Positions 13,048 to 28,533 of a stretch of 64,000 nucleotides of DNA are shown in pieces. The DNA is taken from assembly GCF_009914755.1 (NCBI RefSeq), contig NC_060940.1; one strand, 5' to 3'. The DNA is from the human T2T-CHM13v2.0 reference genome, Homo sapiens. Under the pieces are notes generated by a model. That model saw only the letters and a program-made list of their open reading frames with translations, was not told where the DNA came from and did not search any database. A program made the position numbers and the translations under genes. Position 1 is the stretch's first letter, and each line of letters begins with the position of its first letter.

Positions 13048-16000
13048 GTCAATGATGATTCCATTCGATTCCATTCGATGATTCCATTGGATTCCATTCG
13101 ATGATGATTCCATTCAAATCCATTCGATAATTCAATTCAAGTCCATTCGATGATGATTCCAATCGAATCCATTCAAAGATTCCATTCAGTTCCATTCGAT
13201 GATTCCCTTAGATTCCATTCGATGATTCCACTTGATTGCATTTATGATGATTCCATTCGATTCCATGTGATGATTCCATTCAATTCTATTCAATGATGTC
13301 TCCATTTGATTCCATTCGACCATGATTGCCTTTGATTCCATTCAATGATTCCATTCGGTTCCGTTTGATGATGATTCCGTTCGATTCCATTTGATGATTC
13401 CATTTGATTCCATTGGATGAGTCCATTCGATTACATTCGATGATTATTCCATTCGAGTGCATTAGATGATTCCATTCGAGTCCATTCGATGATTCCATTC
13501 GATTCCATTCGATGTTGATTCTGTTCAAATCCATTCGATGATTCCACTCGATTCCATTCGTTGACTCCATTTGATCCCATTCGATGATTTCCTTTGATTC
13601 CCTTTGATGATCATTCCATTTGATTCAATTCGGTGATTTCATTTGATTCCATTCAGTGATGTTTCCATTCGACTCCATTCGATGATGATTCCATTCGACT
13701 CCATTCGATTATGATTTCATTCAATTCCATTCGATAATGATTCCCTTCGAGTCCATTCGATGATTCCATTCGATTCCATTCAACGATGATTTGATTCGTG
13801 TCCATTCGATGATTCCATTTGATTCCACTTGATGATGATTCCATTCGAGTCCATTTGATGATTCCATTCAATTCCATACTCCGATGATTTCTTTTGAGCC
13901 CACTCAATGCTTCCACTCGATTCCATATGATGATGACTCCATTCGATGAAATTCGATGATGATTCCATTCGCTTGCTTTTGATGATGATTCCACTTGAGT
14001 CCGTTAGAAGATTCTATTCAATTACATTCCATGACGATTCCGTTCGAGTCCATTTGATGATTCCATTAGACTCCATTCGACGATGATTCCATTCGATGTT
14101 ATTCGATGATTCCATTTGATCTCATTCGATGATGATTCCATTCAACTCCATTCGATGTTTCCATTCGAGTTCATTCTATTATTCCATTAGATTCCATTCG
14201 ATGATGATTCCATTCGATTCCATTTGATGATTGCATTCTATTTCATTTGATGATGATTCCATTCGAGTCCACTCGATGATTCCATTCGAGTCCATTTAAT
14301 GAATCCATTGGTTTCAATTCTATGATGATTACATTGGATTCCATTCGTTGATGATTTCATTCGGTTCCATTCAATGATGATTCCATTCAATTCCTTTCAA
14401 TGTTTCCATTCAATTCCATACGATGATGATTCCATTTGATTTGATTCGACAGTGGGCCATTCGATTCAATTCCATGATGATTCTATTTGATTCAATTGGT
14501 TGACATTTCCATTCGATTCCATTCGATGATGATTCCCTTTGATTCCGTTCAAAGATGATTCCATTCTAGCCCATTCAATCATTCCATTCGATTCTATTCA
14601 ATGATGATTCCATTCATGTCGATTTGGTGATTCCATTTGACTTCATTTGATGATGATTCCTTTCAAGTTCATTAGATGATTCCATTCGATTCCATTTGAT
14701 GATGATCCCATTCGAGTCCATTCAGTGATTCCATTCGTTTCTATTCCATGATGATTCCATTCCTTTCCATTCAATGATTCCATTCGATTCCGTTTGATGA
14801 TGATTTCATTCGAGTCCATTTGATGATTCCATTTGATTCCATTCGATGATGATTCCATTCGAGTCCATTCGATGATTCTATTCGAATCCATTTGATGATT
14901 TCTTTTGATTATATTTGGTGATGATTCCATTGGAGTCCATTCAATGATTCCATTCGATTCCAATCGATGATGATTCCATTAGAGTCCATTTAATGATTCC
15001 ATTTGATTCCAGTCTCTGATGATTACATTCGAGTCCATACGATGATTCCACTCAATTCCATATGATGATGATTCCATTTGATTCCATTCGGTGATTCCAT
15101 TCTATTCTATTCAATGGTGATTCCATTCGAGTACATTAGATGATTCCATTCGATTCCATTCAATGATGATTCTATTTGTGTCCCTTAGATGATTCCACAT
15201 GATTCCATTACATGATGATACTATTTGAGCCCATCCAATGATTCCCTTCGATTCCATTCGATGAGGATTCCATTCGATTCAATTCATTGGTGATTCTATT
15301 CAATTCAATTCTTTGATTCCATTCCATTCCATTCGACAATGATTCCATTCGATTTCTTTCGATGATTCCACTCGATTCCACTTGACATTGATTCCATTCG
15401 ATTCCATTCAATGATTCCATTTGATTCCAGTGGATGATGATTGCCATCGATTCCATTCGATCACTCCATTCTATTCCATTTGATGATGATTACATTCGAT
15501 TCCATTTGATGATTCCATCTGATTCTATTCGAGGATTCCATTTGATTCCATTCGATGATGATTCCATTCGAGTCCATTCGATGATTTCATTCGAGTACAT
15601 CCAATGATTCCATTCGAGTCCATTAGATGATTCCATTTGATTCCATTTGAAAATGATTCTACTAGAGTCCATTCAATGACTCCATTCGAGTCCATTCAAC
15701 AATTCCATTCGACTCCATTCGATGATTCCATTCGATTCCATTTGATGGTTCCATTCGAGTCCATTTAATCATTACAGTCGAGTCCATTTGGTGATTCCAC
15801 TGGATTTCTTTTGATAATGATACCATTCAATTACATTTGATGATGATCCCATTCAATTTCATTGGATGATGATTCCATTAGAGTCCATTCGATGATTTCA
15901 TTCGAGTCCCTTCATTGATTCCATCCGATTTCATTGGATGATGACTCCATTCGAGTCCATTCGATGATTCCACTCGATTCCATTAGATGACTCCATTGGA

Positions 16001-19000
16001 GTCCATTTGATTGTTCCATTCGATTCCATTCGATTCCTTTCGAAGATTATTCCATTTGAGTCCATTCGATGATGATTCCATTCCATTCCATTCGATGATT
16101 CCGTTTGATTCCATTCGATGATTCCCTTCGATTCCTTTCTTTGATGATTCCATTCCATTCCATTCAATGATTCCATTCGAATCTATTCCATGATGATTCC
16201 TTTCGATTCCATTCGCTGATGTTTCCGTTCAATTCCATTCGATGATGATTCCATTCGATTCCATTCATTGAGGATTCCATTTGATTCCATTCAATGATGA
16301 TTCCATTCTATTCCATTCAATGATTGCATTCAATTCCATTCAATGATTATCCCATTAGAATAAACTCAACGATTCCATTCAATACCATTCGATGATGATT
16401 CCTTTTGAGTCCATTCAATGATTTCATTCAAGTCCATTTGATGATTCCTTTCAATTCCATTCTATGATGATTCCATTCGAGTCCATTCGATGATTCCATT
16501 CGATTGCATTCGATTATTCCATTATATTCCAGTCAACGGTGATTCCATTCGAGTCCATTCCATGATTCCATTAGAGTACATTTAATGATTGCTTTGTTTT
16601 CAATTCGAAGATGATTACATTGGATTCCATTCTATGATACCATTCGATTCCATTCAATGATGATTCCACTCAAATCCATTGGATGATTCCATTCCTGTCC
16701 ATTCGGTGATTTCATTAGATTCCATTCGAGGATGATTCCATTCGATTCCATTCGATGATTCCATTCAATTCCATTCGATGATGATTCCATTCCAGTCCAT
16801 ATGATCATTCCATTTGATTTCATTCGATGATGATTCCATTCGATTCGATTCGACGATTCCATTCTATTCCATTCGATGATGATTCCATTCGAGTCCATTC
16901 GATGATTCCATTCGAGTCCATTTAATGATTCCATTGGGTTCAATTCAATGATGATTACATTGGATTCCGTTCTATGATTCCATTCAATTCCGTTCATTGA
17001 CAATTTGATTCCATTCGATGATGATTCCATTTGAGTTCATTCGATGATTCTATTCGATTCTCTTCGATGGTGATTCAATTCTATTATATTGGATGATTCC
17101 ATTCGATTCCATTTGATGTTGATTCAATTCGATTCTATTCGATGATGATTCCATTGGATTTCACTTGATGATTCTATTCGATTCCATTCAATGATGATTC
17201 ACTTCTCGTCCACTGGATGATTCCATTTCATTCCATTCGATGATGATTCCATTCGATTCCATTCGATGATTCCATTTGATTCCATGCGACGGTGAGCAAT
17301 TCGATTCAATTCCATGATGATTCTATTTGATTCAATTAGATGATGTTTCCATTCGAATCCATTCCATGATTATTCCATTGGAATCCATTCGGCGATGATT
17401 CCATATGAGTCAATTCAATGATGATTCCATATGGGTCCGTTCGATGATAATTCCATTTGATTTCATTCGATGCTTCTATTCTATTCCAGTCGATGATGAT
17501 TCCGTTGGAGTCCATACGATGATTCCATTTGATTTCATTTGATGATGATTCCATTCGATGATGATTACATTGGATTCCATTCTATGATTCCATTCAATTC
17601 CATTCGTTGATGATTCGATTCCATTCAATGATGATTCCATTTGAGTTCATTCGATGATTCTATTCGATTCCGTTCGATGGTGATTCAATTCTATTATATT
17701 GGATGATTCCACTCGATTCCATTTGATGATTATTCCATTGGAGTCCACTTAGTGAATCCTTTAGATTCTACTCGACGATGATTCCATTCGAGTCCATTCG
17801 ATGATACCATTCAATTCCATTCGTTGATGCTTCCATTCAAGTGCATTCGATGATATCATTCGATTCCATTTGATGATAATTCCATTTGATTCCATGCGAT
17901 GATTCTATTCGATTCCATTCAATGATAATTCCATTCAATTCAGTGATTCCTCTGGACTCCATTTGATGATGATTCCATTCAATGATTCCATTCGATTCTA
18001 TTCGAAAATGATTCCATTTGAATCCATTTGATGATGATTCCATTAGATTCCATTTGATGATTCCATTCGATTCCATTCGACGATGATTCCATTCGATTCC
18101 GTTTGATGATTCCATTCTATTCTATTCGATGATGATTCCATTCGATTCCATTCGATGATGATTGGATTCGATTCCATTTGATGATTTCATTTGATTCCAT
18201 TCGTTAATGATTTCGATCAATTCCATTCGATGATTCCATTCGATTCCATTCAATAATGATTACATCCGAGTCCATTCGATGATTCCCTTTGAGCCTGTTC
18301 GATAATTCCATTTGAGTCCAACCAATGATTCCATTCATTTCCATTCAATGATTCCATTCGAGTCCATTTGATCATTCCGGTAGGGTCCATTCGATGTTGA
18401 TTCCATTGGAGTGCATTCGATGATTCCATTCGAGTCCATTTTAGGATTTGATTCGAGTCCTTTCGATGATTCCATTCGATTCCACTCGATGATGATTTCA
18501 TTCGAGTCCATTTGACACTTCCAATCGATTCCATTTGATGATTCCATTCGAGTCCAATTGATGATTCCATTCAATTCCATTCGATGATGATTCCGTACGA
18601 TTCCATTCTGTGATGATTCCATGTGATTGCATTCAATGATGATTCCTTTCGATTGCATTCGATTATGATTCATTTCGTGTTCATTCTATGGTTCCACAGG
18701 TTTCCATTCGTGTCCATTCCATTATTCCATTCTATTCCATTTGATGATGATTCCATTCGATTCCATTCATTGGTGATTCCACTCAATTCCATTCAATGAT
18801 TCCATTCCATTTCTTTCAACAATGATTCCATTAGTTTCTAATCGATGATCCACTTGATTCCATTTGACGACGATTCCATTCTTGTCCATTCGATGATTCC
18901 ATTTGATTCCATATGATGATGATTCCATTCGATTCCATACCATGATGATTCCATTCGAGTCCATTCAATGGTGATTCCATTCAATTCCATTCGATGATTC

Positions 19001-19159
19001 CTTTTCATTCCATTCGATGATGATTGCATTCGATTCCTTTCAATCATTCCCTTTGATTCCATTCAAAAGTGATTTCATTCAAGTCCATTCGATAATTGCA
19101 TTCGATTCCATTCTATGATGATTCCATTCGAGTCCATTTGATGATTCCATTCAATTCAA
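13048..19159 (+). repeat. HOR unit 3, canonical 6,112 bp
   Basis: ORFs recur at +6112 (13286/19398, 14643/20755, 16632/22744, 18767/24879). Confidence 0.95.
17328..17338 (-). promoter_or_regulatory. Candidate DUX4-type double-homeodomain motif TAATTGAATCA; one per HOR (also 5181, 11206, 23440, 29748, 35860, 43871, 52387, 58499)
   Basis: + strand TGATTCAATTA is the reverse complement of TAATTGAATCA, which fits the published DUX4 consensus TAAYBBAATCA. DUX4 is known to bind and activate HSATII. Occupancy of these particular sites cannot be shown from sequence. Confidence 0.35.
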
Positions 19160-22100
19160 GTCAATGATGATTCCATTCGATTCCATTCGATGATTCCATT
19201 GGATTCCATTCGATGATGATTCCATTCAAATCCATTCGATAATTCAATTCAAGTCCATTCGATGATGATTCCAATCGAATCCATTCAAAGATTCCATTCA
19301 GTTCCATTCGATGATTCCCTTAGATTCCATTCGATGATTCCACTTGATTGCATTTACGATGATTCCATTCGATTCCATGTGATGATTCCATTCAATTCTA
19401 TTCAATGATGTCTCCATTTGATTCCATTCGACCATGATTGCCTTTGATTCCATTCAATGATTCCATTCGGTTCCGTTTGATGATGATTCCGTTCGATTCC
19501 ATTTGATGATTCCATTTGATTCCATTGGATGAGTCCATTCGATTACATTCGATGATTATTCCATTCGAGTGCATTAGATGATTCCATTCGAGTCCATTCG
19601 ATGATTCCATTCGATTCCATTCGATGTTGATTCTGTTCAAATCCATTCGATGATTCCACTCGATTCCATTCGTTGACTCCATTTGATCCCATTCGATGAT
19701 TTCCTTTGATTCCCTTTGATGATCATTCCATTTGATTCAATTCGGTGATTTCATTTGATTCCATTCAGTGATGTTTCCATTCGACTCCATTCGATGATGA
19801 TTCCATTCGACTCCATTCGATTATGATTTCATTCAATTCCATTCGATAATGATTCCCTTCGAGTCCATTCGATGATTCCATTCGATTCCATTCAACGATG
19901 ATTTGATTCGTGTCCATTCGATGATTCCATTTGATTCCACTTGATGATGATTCCATTCGAGTCCATTTGATGATTCCATTCAATTCCATACTCCGATGAT
20001 TTCTTTTGAGCCCACTCAATGCTTCCACTCGATTCCATATGATGATGACTCCATTCGATGAAATTCGATGATGATTCCATTCGCTTGCTTTCGATGATGA
20101 TTCCACTTGAGTCCGTTAGAAGATTCTATTCAACTACATTCCAGGACGATTCCGTTCGAGTCCATTTGATGATTCCATTAGACTCCATTCGACGATGATT
20201 CCATTCGATGTTATTCGATGATTCCATTCGATCTCATTCGATGATGATTCCATTCAACTCCATTCGATGTTTCCATTCGAGTTCATTCTATTATTCCATT
20301 AGATTCCATTCGATGATGATTCCATTCGATTCCATTTGATGATTGCATTCTATTTCATTTGATGATGATTCCATTCGAGTCCACTCGATGATTCCATTCG
20401 AGTCCATTTAATGAATCCATTGGTTTCAATTCTATGATGATTACATTGGATTCCATTCGTTGATGATTTCATTCGGTTCCATTCAATGATGATTCTATTC
20501 AATTCCTTTCAATGTTTCCATTCAATTCCATACGATGATGATTCCATTTGATTTGATTCGACAGTGAGCCATTCGATTCAATTCCATGATGATTCTATTT
20601 GATTCAATTGGTTGACATTTCCATTCGATTCCATTCGATGATGATTCCCTTTGATTCCGTTCAAAGATGATTCCATTCTAGCCCATTCAATCATTCCATT
20701 CGATTCTATTCAATGATGATTCCATTCATGTCGATTTGGTGATTCCATTTGACTTCATTTGATGATGATTCCTTTCAAGTTCATTAGATGATTCCATTCG
20801 ATTCCATTTGATGATGATCCCATTCGAGTCCATTCAGTGATTCCATTCGTTTCCATTCCATGATGATTCCATTCCTTTCCATTCAATGATTCCATTCGAT
20901 TCCGTTTGATGATGATTTCATTCGAGTCCATTTGATGATTCCATTTGATTCCATTCGATGATGATTCCATTCGAGTCCATTCGATGATTCTATTCGAATC
21001 CATTTGATGATTTCTTTTGATTATATTTGGTGATGATTCCATTGGAGTCCATTCAATGATTCCATTCTATTCCAATCGATGATGATTCCATTAGAGTCCA
21101 TTTAATGATTCCATTTGATTCCAGTCTCTGATGATTACATTCGAGTCCATACGATGATTCCACTCAATTCCATATGATGATGATTCCATTTGATTCCATT
21201 CGGTGATTCCATTCTATTCTATTCAATGGTGATTCCATTCGAGTACATTAGATGATTCCATTCGATTCCATTCAATGATGATTCTATTTGTGTCCCTTAG
21301 ATGATTCCACATGATTCCATTAGATGATGATACTATTTGAGCCCATCCAATGATTCCCTTCGATTCCATTCGATGAGGATTCCATTCGATTCAATTCATT
21401 GGTGATTCTATTCAATTCAATTCTTTGATTCCATTCCATTCCATTCGACAATGATTCCATTCGATTTCTTTCGATGATTCCACTCGATTCCACTTGACAT
21501 TGATTCCATTCGATTCCATTCAATGATTCCATTTGATTCCAGTGGATGATGATTGCCATCGATTCCATTCGATCACTCCATTCTATTCCATTTGATGATG
21601 ATTACATTCGATTCCATTTGATGATTCCATCTGATTCTATTCGAGGATTCCATTTGATTCCATTCGATGATGATTCCATTCGAGTCCATTCGATGATTTC
21701 ATTCGAGTACATCCAATGATTCCATTCGAGTCCATTAGATGATTCCATTTGATTCCATTTGAAAATGATTCTACTAGAGTCCATTCAATGACTCCATTCG
21801 AGTCCATTCAACAATTCCATTCGACTCCATTCGATGATTCCATTCGATTCCATTTGATGGTTCCATTCGAGTCCATTTAATCATTACAGTCGAGTCCATT
21901 TGGTGATTCCACTGGATTTCTTTTGATAATGATACCATTCAATTACATTTGATGATGATCCCATTCAATTTCATTGGATGATGATTCCATTAGAGTCCAT
22001 TCGATGATTTCATTCGAGTCCCTTCATTGATTCCATCCGATTTCATTGGATGATGACTCCATTCGAGTCCATTCGATGATTCCAATCGATTCCATTAGAT

Positions 22101-25100
22101 GACTCCATTGGAGTCCATTTGATTGTTCCATTCGATTCCATTCGATTCCTTTCGAAGATTATTCCATTTGAGTCCATTCGATGATGATTCCATTCCATTC
22201 CATTCGATGATTCCGTTTGATTCCATTCGATGATTCCCTTCGATTCCTTTCTTTGATGATTCCATTCCATTCCATTCAATGATTCCATTCGAATCTATTC
22301 CATGATGATTCCTTTCGATTCCATTCGCTGATGTTTCCGTTCAATTCCATTCGATGATGATTCCATTCGATTCCATTCATTGAGGATTCCATTTGATTCC
22401 ATTCAATGATGATTCCATTCTATTCCATTCAATGATTGCATTCAATTCCATTCAATGATTATCCCCTTAGAGTAAACTCAACGATTCCATTCAATACCAT
22501 TCGATGATGATTCCTTTTGAGTCCATTCAATGATTTCATTCAAGTCCATTTGATGATTCCTTTCAATTCCATTCTATGATGATTCCATTCGAGTCCATTC
22601 GATGATTCCATTCGATTGCATTCGATGATTCCATTATATTCCATTCAACGGTGATTCCATTCGAGTCCATTCCATGATTCCATTAGAGTACATTTAATGA
22701 TTGCTTTGTTTTCAATTCGAAGATGATTACATTGGATTCCATTCTATGATACCATTCGATTCCATTCAATGATGATTCCACTCAAATCCATTGGATGATT
22801 CCATTCGTGTCCATTCGGTGATTTCATTAGATTCCATTCGAGGATGATTCCATTCGATTCCATTCGATGATTCCATTCAATTCCATTCGATGATGATTCC
22901 ATTCCAGTCCATATGATCATTCCATTTGATTTCATTCGATGATGATTCCATTCGATTCCATTCGACGATTCCATTCTATTCCATTCGATGATGATTCCAT
23001 TCGAGTCCATTCGATGATTCCATTCGAGTCCATTTAATGATTCCATTGGGTTCAATTCAATGATGATTACATTGGATTCCGTTCTATGATTCCATTCAAT
23101 TCCGTTCATTGACAATTTGATTCCATTCGATGATGATTCCATTTGAGTTCATTCGATGATTCTATTCGATTCTCTTCGATGGTGATTCAATTCTATTATA
23201 TTGGATGATTCCATTCGATTCCATTTGATGTTGATTCAATTCGATTCTATTCGATGATGATTCCATTGGATTTCACTTGATGATTCTATTCGATTCCATT
23301 CAATGATGATTCACTTCTCGTCCATTGGATGATTCCATTTCATTCCATTCGATGATGATTCCATTCGATTCCATTCGATGATTCCATTTGATTCCATGCG
23401 ACGGTGAGCAATTCGATTCAATTCCATGATGATTCTATTTGATTCAATTAGATGATGTTTCCATTCGAATCCATTCCATGATTATTCCATTGGAATCCAT
23501 TCGGCGATGATTCCATATGAGTCAATTCAATGATGATTCCATATGGGTCCGTTCGATGATAATTCCATTTGATTTCATTCGATGCTTCTATTCTATTCCA
23601 GTCGATGATGATTCCGTTGGAGTCCATACGATGATTCCATTTGATTTCATTTGATGATGATTCCATTCGATGATGATTACATTGGATTCCATTCTATGAT
23701 TCCATTCAATTCCATTCGTTGATGATTCGATTCCATTCAATGATGATTCCATTTGAGTTCATTCGATGATTCTATTCGATTCCGTTCGATGGTGATTCAA
23801 TTCTATTATATTGGATGATTCCACTCGATTCCATTTGATGATTATTCCATTGGAGTCCACTTAGTGAATCCTTTAGATTCTACTCGACGATGATTCCATT
23901 CGAGTCCATTCGATGATACCATTCAATTCCATTCGTTGATGCTTCCATTCAAGTGCATTCGATGATATCATTCGATTCCATTTGATGATAATTCCATTTG
24001 ATTCCATGCGGTGATTCTATTCGATTCCATTCAATGATAATTCCATTCAATTCAGTGATTCCTCTGGACTCCATTTGATGATGATTCCATTCAATGATTC
24101 CATTCGATTCTATTCGAAAATGATTCCATTTGAATCCATTTGATGATGATTCCATTAGATTCCATTTGATGATTCCATTCGATTCCATTCGACGATGATT
24201 CCATTCGATTCCGTTTGATGATTCCATTCTATTCTATTCGATGATGATTCCATTCGATTCCATTCGATGATGATTGGATTCGATTCCATTTGATGATTTC
24301 ATTTGATTCCATTCGTTAATGATTTCGATCAATTCCATTCGATGATTCCATTCGATTCCATTCGATAATGATTACATCCGAGTCCATTCGATGATTCCCT
24401 TTGAGCCTGTTCGATAATTCCATTTGAGTCCAACCAATGATTCCATTCATTTCCATTCAATGATTCCATTCGAGTCCATTTGATCATTCCGGTAGGGTCC
24501 ATTCGATGTTGATTCCATTGGAGTGCATTCGATGATTCCATTCGAGTCCATTTTAGGATTTGATTCGAGTCCTTTCGATGATTCCATTCGATTCCACTCG
24601 ATGATGATTTCATTCGAGTCCATTCGACACTTCCAATCGATTCCATTTGATGATTCCATTCGAGTCCAATTGATGATTCCATTCAATTCCATTCGATGAT
24701 GATTCCGTACAATTCCATTCTGTGATGATTCCATGTGATTGCATTCAATGATGATTCCTTTCGATTGCATTCGATTATGATTCATTTCGTGTTCATTCTA
24801 TGGTTCCACAGGTTTCCATTCGTGTCCATTCCATTATTCCATTCTATTCCATTTGATGATGATTCCATTCGATTCCATTCATTGGTGATTCCACTCAATT
24901 CCATTCAATGATTCCATTCCATTTCTTTCAACAATGATTCCATTAGTTTCTAATCGATGATCCACTTGATTCCATTTGACGACGATTCCATTCTTGTCCA
25001 TTCGATGATTCCATTTGATTCCATATGATGATGATTCCATTCGATTCCATACCATGATGATTCCATTCGAGTCCATTCAATGGTGATTCCATTCAATTCC

Positions 25101-25271
25101 ATTCGATGATTCCTTTCGATTCCATTCGATGATGATGGCATTCGATTCCTTTCAATCATTCCCTTTGATTCCATTCCGAGGTGATTTCATTCAAGTCCAT
25201 TCGATAATTGCATTCGATTCCATTCTATGATGATTCCATTCGAGTCCATTTGATGATTCCATTCAATTCAA
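19160..25271 (+). repeat. HOR unit 4, canonical 6,112 bp
   Basis: Landmarks at 19160 and 25272; ORF 19398 recurs at 25510. Confidence 0.95.
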
Positions 25272-27313
25272 GTCAATGATGATTCCATTCGATTCCATTC
25301 GATGATTCCATTGGATTCCATTCGATGATGATTCCATTCAAATCCATTCGATAATTCAATTCAAGTCCATTCGATGATGATTCCAATCGAATCCATTCAA
25401 AGATTCCATTCAGTTCCATTCGATGATTCCCTTAGATTCCATTCGATGATTCCACTTGATTGCATTTACGATGATTCCATTCGATTCCATGTGATGATTC
25501 CATTCAATTCTATTCAATGATGTCTCCATTTGATTCCATTCGACCATGATTGCCTTTGATTCCATTCAATGATTCCATTCGGTTCCGTTTGATGATGATT
25601 CCGTTCGATTCCATTTGATGATTCCATTTGATTCCATTGGATGAGTCCATTCGATTACATTCGATGATTATTCCATTCGAGTGCATTAGATGATTCCATT
25701 CGAGTCCATTCGATGATTCCATTCGATTCCATTCGATGTTGATTCTGTTCAAATCCATTCGATGATTCCACTCGATTCCATTCGTTGACTCCATTTGATC
25801 CCATTCGATGATTTCCTTTGATTCCCTTTGATGATCATTCCATTTGATTCAATTCGGTGATTTCATTTGATTCCATTCAGTGATGTTTCCATTCGACTCC
25901 ATTCGATGATGATTCCATTCGACTCCATTCGATTATGATTTCATTCAATTCCATTCGATAATGATTCCCTTCGAGTCCATTCGATGATTCCATTCGATTC
26001 CATTCAACGATGATTTGATTCGTGTCCATTCGATGATTCCATTTGATTCCACTTGATGATGATTCCATTCGAGTCCATTTGATGATTCCATTCAATTCCA
26101 TACTCCGATGATTTCTTTTGAGCCCACTCAATGCTTCCACTCGATTCCATATGATGATGACTCCATTCGATGAAATTCGATGATGATTCCATTCGCTTGC
26201 TTTCGATGATGATTCCACTTGAGTCCGTTAGAAGATTCTATTCAACTACATTCCAGGACGATTCCGTTCGAGTCCATTTGATGATTCCATTAGACTCCAT
26301 TCGACGATGATTCCATTCGATGTTATTCGATGATTCCATTCGATCTCATTCGATGATGATTCCATTCAACTCCATTCGATGTTTCCATTCGAGTTCATTC
26401 TATTATTCCATTAGATTCCATTCGATGATGATTCCATTCGATTCCATTTGATGATTGCATTCTATTTCATTTGATGATGATTCCATTCGAGTCCACTCGA
26501 TGATTCCATTCGAGTCCATTTAATGAATCCATTGGTTTCAATTCTATGATGATTACATTGGATTCCATTCGTTGATGATTTCATTCGGTTCCATTCAATG
26601 ATGATTCCATTCAATTCCTTTCAATGTTTCCATTCAATTCCATACGATGATGATTCCATTTGATTTGATTCGACAGTGAGCCATTCGATTCAATTCCATG
26701 ATGATTCTATTTGATTCAATTGGTTGACATTTCCATTCGATTCCATTCGATGATGATTCCCTTTGATTCCGTTCAAAGATGATTCCATTCTAGCCCATTC
26801 AATCATTCCATTCGATTCTATTCAATGATGATTCCATTCATGTCGATTTGGTGATTCCATTTGACTTCATTTGATGATGATTCCTTTCAAGTTCATTAGA
26901 TGATTCCATTCGATTCCATTTGATGATGATCCCATTCGAGTCCATTCAGTGATTCCATTCGTTTCCATTCCATGATGATTCCATTCCTTTCCATTCAATG
27001 ATTCCATTCGATTCCGTTTGATGATGATTTCATTCGAGTCCATTTGATGATTCCATTTGATTCCATTCGATGATGATTCCATTCGAGTCCATTCGATGAT
27101 TCTATTCGAATCCATTTGATGATTTCTTTTGATTATATTTGGTGATGATTCCATTGGAGTCCATTCAATGATTCCATTCTATTCCAATCGATGATGATTC
27201 CATTAGAGTCCATTTAATGATTCCATTTGATTCCAGTCTCTGATGATTACATTCGAGTCCATACGATGATTCCACTCAATTCCATATGATGATGATTCCA
27301 TTTGATTCCATTC

Positions 27314-27365
27314 GGTGATTCCATTCTATTCTAATCAATGGTGATTCCATTCTATTCTATTCAAT
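27314..27365 (+). repeat. 26-bp single-monomer tandem duplication
   Basis: GGTGATTCCATTCTATTCTAATCAAT is followed by GGTGATTCCATTCTATTCTATTCAAT; other units have one copy. Confidence 0.9.
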
Positions 27366-28533
27366 GGTGATTCCATTCGAGTACATTAGATGATTCCATT
27401 CGATTCCATTCAATGATGATTCTATTTGTGTCCCTTAGATGATTCCACATGATTCCATTAGATGATGATACTATTTGAGCCCATCCAATGATTCCCTTCG
27501 ATTCCATTCGATGAGGATTCCATTCGATTCAATTCATTGGTGATTCTATTCAATTCAATTCTTTGATTCCATTCCATTCCATTCGACAATGATTCCATTC
27601 GATTTCTTTCGATGATTCCACTCGATTCCACTTGACATTGATTCCATTCGATTCCATTCAATGATTCCATTTGATTCCAGTGGATGATGATTGCCATCGA
27701 TTCCATTCGATCACTCCATTCTATTCCATTTGATGATGATTACATTCGATTCCATTTGATGATTCCATCTGATTCTATTCGAGGATTCCATTTGATTCCA
27801 TTCGATGATGATTCCATTCGAGTCCATTCGATGATTTCATTCGAGTACATCCAATGATTCCATTCGAGTCCATTAGATGATTCCATTTGATTCCATTTGA
27901 AAATGATTCTACTAGAGTCCATTCAATGACTCCATTCGAGTCCATTCAACAATTCCATTCGACTCCATTCGATGATTCCATTCGATTCCATTTGATGGTT
28001 CCATTCGCGTCCATTTAATCATTACAGTCGAGTCCGTTTGGTGATTCCACTGGATTTCTTTTGATAATGATACCATTCAATTACATTTGATGATGATCCC
28101 ATTCAATTTCATTTGATGATGATTCCATTAGAGTCCATTCGATGATTTCATTCGAGTCCCTTCATTGATTCCATCCGATTTCATTGGATGATGACTCCAT
28201 TCGAGTCCATTCGATGATTCCACTCGATTCCATTAGATGACTCCATTGGAGTCCATTTGATTGTTCCATTCGATTCCATTCGATTCCTTTCGAAGATTAT
28301 TCCATTTGAGTCCATTCGATGATGATTCCATTCTATTCCATTCGATGATTCCGTTTGATTCCATTCGATGATTCCCTTCGATTCCTTTCTTTGATGATTC
28401 CATTCCATTCCATTCAATGATTCCATTCGAATCTATTCCATGATGATTCCTTTCGATTCCATTCGCTGATGTTTCCGTTCAATTCCATTCGATGATGATT
28501 CCATTCGATTCCATTCATTGAGGATTCCATTTG

